Positions 55,186-58,900 of a stretch of 58,900 nucleotides of DNA are shown here, in pieces; positions within the stretch are counted from its first letter, which is position 1; every line of letters begins with the position of its first letter. The position numbers and the translations under genes were made by a program. The notes under the pieces were generated by a model. It made no database searches and was not told the DNA's origin. It saw only the letters and a program-made list of their open reading frames with translations. The DNA comes from Spirochaetaceae bacterium (GTDB lineage: Bacteria; Spirochaetota; Spirochaetia; Treponematales; Rectinemataceae), in contig JAJFUL010000296.1 of assembly GCA_021372425.1 (NCBI GenBank), positions 1-58,900 on the forward strand, in the 5' to 3' direction.

Positions 55186-56217
55186 TCATTTCTTCTCCGC
55201 AATGATGATTGCATCGGACAATTTTTTGAGCCACATGGTGCCTTCTTCGCCATAGCGCTCTGTTATGAGTTTCCTGGCTGCAGGAAGCATTGCCTTCCGG
55301 AACAATTCAGTCTCTTCCGGCGTCAGCGTGTAAACCTGCATTTCCTTTTCGAACGTTGAAAATTCCAGTGTCGAGGAATCCAGTGTACGCGAAACACCCC
55401 GGCCGGCAAGAACCGCAACGGCAGCCGCGTTGTCGATCAGCTCCTGCAGACGGGGTTCCAGAGAATCGTAGAACTTACCGTTCATGATCCAGACATAGGG
55501 AGAATAGAGAAAATTAGTCTGGGTCATGAATTTCTGGACTTCACCGAGCTTGGCAAGCCTTATCAGGGAAGCAGGGTTCATCTGTCCATCGACAATGTTG
55601 GTTTTCAGGCTCTGATAGACATCAGCCCAGGCGACCGTCATCGGCGTCGCCCCCACGGCCCGGATAGCGGCTTGCTGGACTGGCAGGGCCATTGTTCTTA
55701 TCTTGAGACCCCTCATGTCGTTTGGCGTGCGGATCTGCCTGTGGGCATTGGTTATGGCGAAGAATCCGCCGGATTCGCCGAAGCCTAGCACCTTGTAGCC
55801 GGTCTTTTCCCGGATGTCAGCGGCAAATGCCTTGCCGAAGTCTCCATCGAGAACCTTGTAGGCAGTGTTGTAGCTCGGGAAGGCAAAAGGCATGTTGATT
55901 ATGTCGATGAGGGGGTAAGCCAAGGCTATGCCTCCCGAAGTCGCGATGAACGACTGCAACATGCCGGACTTGACCTGGACCATGCTCTCGTTTTCCTTGC
56001 CGCTTACGCCGCCAGGGTATATCTCGACCTTGATTTGTCCGCTCGAATTTGCCTCGACTTCGCTCTTGAAAACCGAAGCCATCGCCGCCGACGCTATAGA
56101 AAGGGGATCCTGAGGATTCAGATGGGCTATCCTGATCAAAATCTGGCCATGCGCCGAGCAGAGACAGAGCGCCATGACAAAAAGCGTTGCAGAAAAGCGT
56201 TTTCCTCTCACAGACAT
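55186..56217 (-). CDS. TRAP-transporter solute-binding protein (DctP family)
   Basis: Signal peptide MSVRGKRFSATLFVMALCLCSAHG. DctP blocks GLKIRT, VYQSLKTNIVDGQMNP. There are no DctQ or DctM genes in the window. Confidence 0.8.
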   Translation of the reverse strand: MSVRGKRFSATLFVMALCLCSAHGQILIRIAHLNPQDPLSIASAAMASVFKSEVEANSSGQIKVEIYPGGVSGKENESMVQVKSGMLQSFIATSGGIALAYPLIDIINMPFAFPSYNTAYKVLDGDFGKAFAADIREKTGYKVLGFGESGGFFAITNAHRQIRTPNDMRGLKIRTMALPVQQAAIRAVGATPMTVAWADVYQSLKTNIVDGQMNPASLIRLAKLGEVQKFMTQTNFLYSPYVWIMNGKFYDSLEPRLQELIDNAAAVAVLAGRGVSRTLDSSTLEFSTFEKEMQVYTLTPEETELFRKAMLPAARKLITERYGEEGTMWLKKLSDAIIIAEKK

Positions 56218-56266
56218 CTCCCTTGAGCCGGCAGCGTCCATCTGACATCCAGCCGACCACGGCCTT

Positions 56267-58651
56267 TCAATGCAAGACGCCAAGCGCCTCGAGTATCCTG
56301 GCGGGCGTGAATGGCCATTCGCGCATCCAGACCCCGACTGCATCGTGGATTGCGATGGCTATGGCCGGCGCGGCCCCGTTGACCGAGATTTCCGAGACGC
56401 TTTTCGCGCCGAAGGGGCCGACCTCGTCGGCAACCGGCATCAATTCGACATGGAAATCTTCGGGCACCTCGGCTATTGTCGGAATCTTGTAGTCCAGGAA
56501 ATTCGGGTTCAGACAGCGCCCCTTGTCGTCGAAGATCATTTCCTCATAGAGAGAATGGCCTATCGACTTGAGGACAGCACCATAGATCTGCCCTTTGGCG
56601 AGCGCCGGGTTTATTGGGGTGCCGCAATCCTGATAAGCATGGTAGCGCTGTACCGTAACTTCTCCGGATCGTCGGTTGACCGCCACTTGCACAAAGTGTG
56701 CCCCATAGGGAAAGGCTGCATGATCGGTCTTGAATGAGCCATAACCGGAGAGCTCGCCATGGCCTTCACCCTGCACCGAGCGGTGGCCGAGTTCGGCAAG
56801 GCTGATCGAGCCGCGTTTGCCTGTGACCATGCCGTGATAAGCGATGCGAAGGTCGCTGACCGGCTCGCCCAGAATAGCCTGAGAAACTTCCAGGACCTTC
56901 TGTCGCAAGTCTTCGGCGGCACGCAGGGCGGCGCTTCCCGAGAAATAGGTCCCCGATGAGGCATAAGCTCCCTTGTCGAAGGGCGTGATGTCTGTATCGC
57001 CCGAAATGACGGTGACATCGCTGACGTCGAGGCCCATGATTTCGGCGGCTGTTTTCGCCGTGACGGTGTCGAGACCTGTGCCCAGGTCCGCGCCACCCGA
57101 GAGCATGAGCAGTGTGCCGTCGGAGAGCAGGCGCACTTCGGCATTTGCGGCGTCCAGTCCTGGCAGGCCCGAGCCTTGCTGAATTATGACCGCACCGCGG
57201 CCGATCGCCCAGTCGGGGTCAGTGCTCTGCGGCTTCGGTTTGTCCCAGCCAAAAGCCTCGCGCCCGCGCTGGATCATCTCGCCGAGGCCACAAGTGCCGA
57301 GAGTGACGGCGTTGCCTGCCCGGCCTTCGCCGAGGCTCTTGAGTATTTCTATCGTCGCGCCCGAGCGGACACGATTTTTCTCGATCATGGCTAGCTGGTC
57401 TATGCCAAGCGCATCCGCCATCTCGGCAAGTGCCGTCTGCAGGGCAAAGGAACCTTTCGGAGCCCCGTAGCCCTGGTATGCACCGGCTGGCGACAGGTTC
57501 GTATAGTATGATTTGACCTCGAAACGCGCGTTGTCGCAGAGAAGGAGAGGCAGGCTCTTGGAAATGGCATTCATCGGGACGGTGAGGCAGTGTTGCCCAT
57601 AAGGACCGGTATCCGCATCGAGCTTCATGAGAATAGCGGTCAAGGTGCCGTCTTTCCTGGCACCCAGCCTGACGGTGATCTCCATCGGATGGCGCGTCCT
57701 GCTTGCGATAAATTCTTCCTTGCGGGTATAGCGGAAATACACAGGGCGGCCTGTCGTCCAGGCGAGGTAGCCCGCGACATCCTCGACCACGATGTCCTGC
57801 TTGGAGCCGAAACCGCCGCCTACGCGTTCCTTGATGACGCGGACCCGGTTTTCTGAAATGCCGATCGCTTTGGCGACGATGCGCCGCACATGCCAGGGTA
57901 CCTGGGTCGATGCGCGCATGACGAGGCGCCCCGCCTCGATCGTGGCGAAGACCACGTGCGGCTCGAGCGGCGTGCACTGCACGCGGTCGGTCTTGTAGGT
58001 CCGCTCGATCACCTTGTCCGCGGCGGCAAACCCTTTATCCATGTCGCCGATGCCATCAGCAGCGCTGGCGGCTAGGTTCCGGTGCGGGTCCGCGTGTATC
58101 GGGAACTGGTAGATGATGGGATCATCCCGGCCATCCCCTTCCGTCTCGGTGCCTTCCGGCGCCGAGCCTGCGACATAGGAAACTTCGCCGCCGTGGATGA
58201 CTGGCGCGCCGGATTTGATGCCGGCGATTTTTGCCTGAGCGATGCTGAGTACCGGTTCCAGCACTTCATACTCGACCTTGATGTGCCTGAGCGCCTCTTC
58301 GGCGATTCCCTGGGTCTCCGCGAGCACCGCGGCCACCCGGTCGCCAACATGGCGGACTTTGCGCGGGAACATCCGTTGGTCGTAGGGTGAGGGCTCGGGA
58401 TAGCCCTGGCCGGCAGTCGTGTAGACAGAATCGGGGCAATTCTCATGTGTCAGGATTGCGACAACGCCCGGAATCGTCTCGGCCTCGGAACAGTCGACGG
58501 ACTTGATCCACGCATGGGCATAGGGGCTGGTGAGCATCTTGAGGGCGCAGGCGTCGGTGGGGATCTTGTCCTCGACATAGGCCCGCTCGCCTTTGGAGAG
58601 GCTTTCCGCATCGACTTTTTCGCGATCCTTGCCGATATGGCGCAGGTCAGG
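56267..58651 (-). CDS. Xanthine dehydrogenase/aldehyde oxidase family molybdopterin-binding subunit or domain
   Basis: SPYAHAWIKSVD, GGGFGSKQ, TQVPWHVR, AYQGYGAP and the C-terminal GAKSVSEISVNGAAPAIAIAIHDA are family blocks. The first ATG/GTG/TTG is at 58537, but the conserved N-terminal block (IGKDREKVDAESLSKGERAYVED) lies upstream of it. That block is in frame and runs up to the TGA at 58652-58654. Confidence 0.8.
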   Translation of the reverse strand, partial: PDLRHIGKDREKVDAESLSKGERAYVEDKIPTDACALKMLTSPYAHAWIKSVDCSEAETIPGVVAILTHENCPDSVYTTAGQGYPEPSPYDQRMFPRKVRHVGDRVAAVLAETQGIAEEALRHIKVEYEVLEPVLSIAQAKIAGIKSGAPVIHGGEVSYVAGSAPEGTETEGDGRDDPIIYQFPIHADPHRNLAASAADGIGDMDKGFAAADKVIERTYKTDRVQCTPLEPHVVFATIEAGRLVMRASTQVPWHVRRIVAKAIGISENRVRVIKERVGGGFGSKQDIVVEDVAGYLAWTTGRPVYFRYTRKEEFIASRTRHPMEITVRLGARKDGTLTAILMKLDADTGPYGQHCLTVPMNAISKSLPLLLCDNARFEVKSYYTNLSPAGAYQGYGAPKGSFALQTALAEMADALGIDQLAMIEKNRVRSGATIEILKSLGEGRAGNAVTLGTCGLGEMIQRGREAFGWDKPKPQSTDPDWAIGRGAVIIQQGSGLPGLDAANAEVRLLSDGTLLMLSGGADLGTGLDTVTAKTAAEIMGLDVSDVTVISGDTDITPFDKGAYASSGTYFSGSAALRAAEDLRQKVLEVSQAILGEPVSDLRIAYHGMVTGKRGSISLAELGHRSVQGEGHGELSGYGSFKTDHAAFPYGAHFVQVAVNRRSGEVTVQRYHAYQDCGTPINPALAKGQIYGAVLKSIGHSLYEEMIFDDKGRCLNPNFLDYKIPTIAEVPEDFHVELMPVADEVGPFGAKSVSEISVNGAAPAIAIAIHDAVGVWMREWPFTPARILEALGVLH

Positions 58652-58900
58652 TCAGAATTCCTCGGCTGGCGGGAGCTGGTATGATGGATCTGAGAGCCGG
58701 ATGGCTGCGAGTTTCACAGCGTCGAAGTACTGGACATAGCCTGTGCAGCGGCACAAGGTGCCGGAAAGCGCGTCCTTTACTTCGTCTTCGCATGGATTCG
58801 CACTGTGTGACAGCAACTCACGGATCGAAAGGACTACGGCAGGCGTGCAATATCCGCACTGCACACAGGCAGTATCGATCAATGCGCGCTGGATGACCCT
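58652..58900 (-). CDS. [2Fe-2S]-binding subunit or domain of the XDH-family enzyme (5' end beyond the window)
   Basis: QCGYCTPAVV and CRCTGY motifs of the second 2Fe-2S domain. The frame is open to nt 58900. It ends at TGA 58652-58654, in the same frame as the Mo domain. Confidence 0.8.
   Translation of the reverse strand, partial: RVIQRALIDTACVQCGYCTPAVVLSIRELLSHSANPCEDEVKDALSGTLCRCTGYVQYFDAVKLAAIRLSDPSYQLPPAEEF

Noticed and set aside
58652-58654. Whether the in-frame TGA reflects a genome-wide reassigned genetic code (TGA as Trp or Gly)
   Set aside because: TGA clearly functions as a stop elsewhere in the window, at well-defined gene ends. Examples are the ATGA junctions at 993-996, 28329-28332 and 52599-52602, and the pduL stop at 3908-3910.
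1-58900. CRISPR arrays, IS elements, integrases, prophage or toxin-antitoxin modules, tRNA/rRNA/tmRNA/RNase P genes
   Set aside because: I saw no regularly spaced repeats. I saw no transposase, integrase or recombinase motifs among ORFs of 60 aa or more, and no tRNA-like T-arm (GGTTCGAATCC-type) sequences in the intergenic regions. The window looks like core chromosome.

Overview
The window is 58.9 kb of a moderately GC-rich, densely coding bacterial chromosome. I call about 54 protein genes. I found no rRNA, tRNA, CRISPR array, transposase, integrase or phage genes. The gene content suggests an anaerobic fermenter, possibly Spirochaetota, because it has a Bpur-like PUR-domain protein, butyrate kinase and a 2-oxoacid:ferredoxin oxidoreductase; this is inference only.

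Recognisable modules, left to right:
1. 1-5783: a sugar or polyol catabolic operon of Zn-dehydrogenase, FGGY kinase, LsrF/FbaB-type class I aldolase and PduL, followed by a UPRT-like gene and nudC.
2. 5857-21510: housekeeping genes, including gltS, infA, a DksA/TraR protein, trxB, a GH3 hexosaminidase, rnhB, a PUR-like protein and a phosphohexomutase.
3. 21986-26655: a complete buk-ptb plus four-subunit 2-oxoacid:ferredoxin oxidoreductase module.
4. 27841-35059: a minus-strand block of yaiI, manA, a RadC/JAB-DinG fusion helicase and a 977-aa secreted HExxH protein.
5. 35500-38680: xth, a rhomboid protease, kbl and an FmdB zinc ribbon.
6. 39624-43801: a three-gene operon I cannot assign to any known pathway (ATP-grasp ligase, a 628-aa protein with an N-terminal DxHxxG cobalamin-binding motif, and an octopine/nopaline-type opine dehydrogenase). 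This is my best candidate for a new system.
7. 44654-47410: argG and argH.
8. 47454-58900: a module reminiscent of the E. coli ygeW/ygfJ/xdhD region (MocA-like gene, ygeW, a lone TRAP binding protein, and xanthine-dehydrogenase-family Fe-S and Mo parts), interrupted by two ABC exporters and an MFS transporter.

Other notable points:
- An in-frame TGA sits exactly between the 2Fe-2S and molybdopterin parts of the XDH-family enzyme.
- A 31-codon basic ORF (bS22/AURKAIP1-like) is missing from the ORF track and has its own promoter and terminator.
- An E2/CAT-fold acyltransferase reads DER where the catalytic DHR is expected.
- argG may be leaderless, with an ARG-box-like site over its -35.

All family calls come from reading motifs by eye; I ran no database search.
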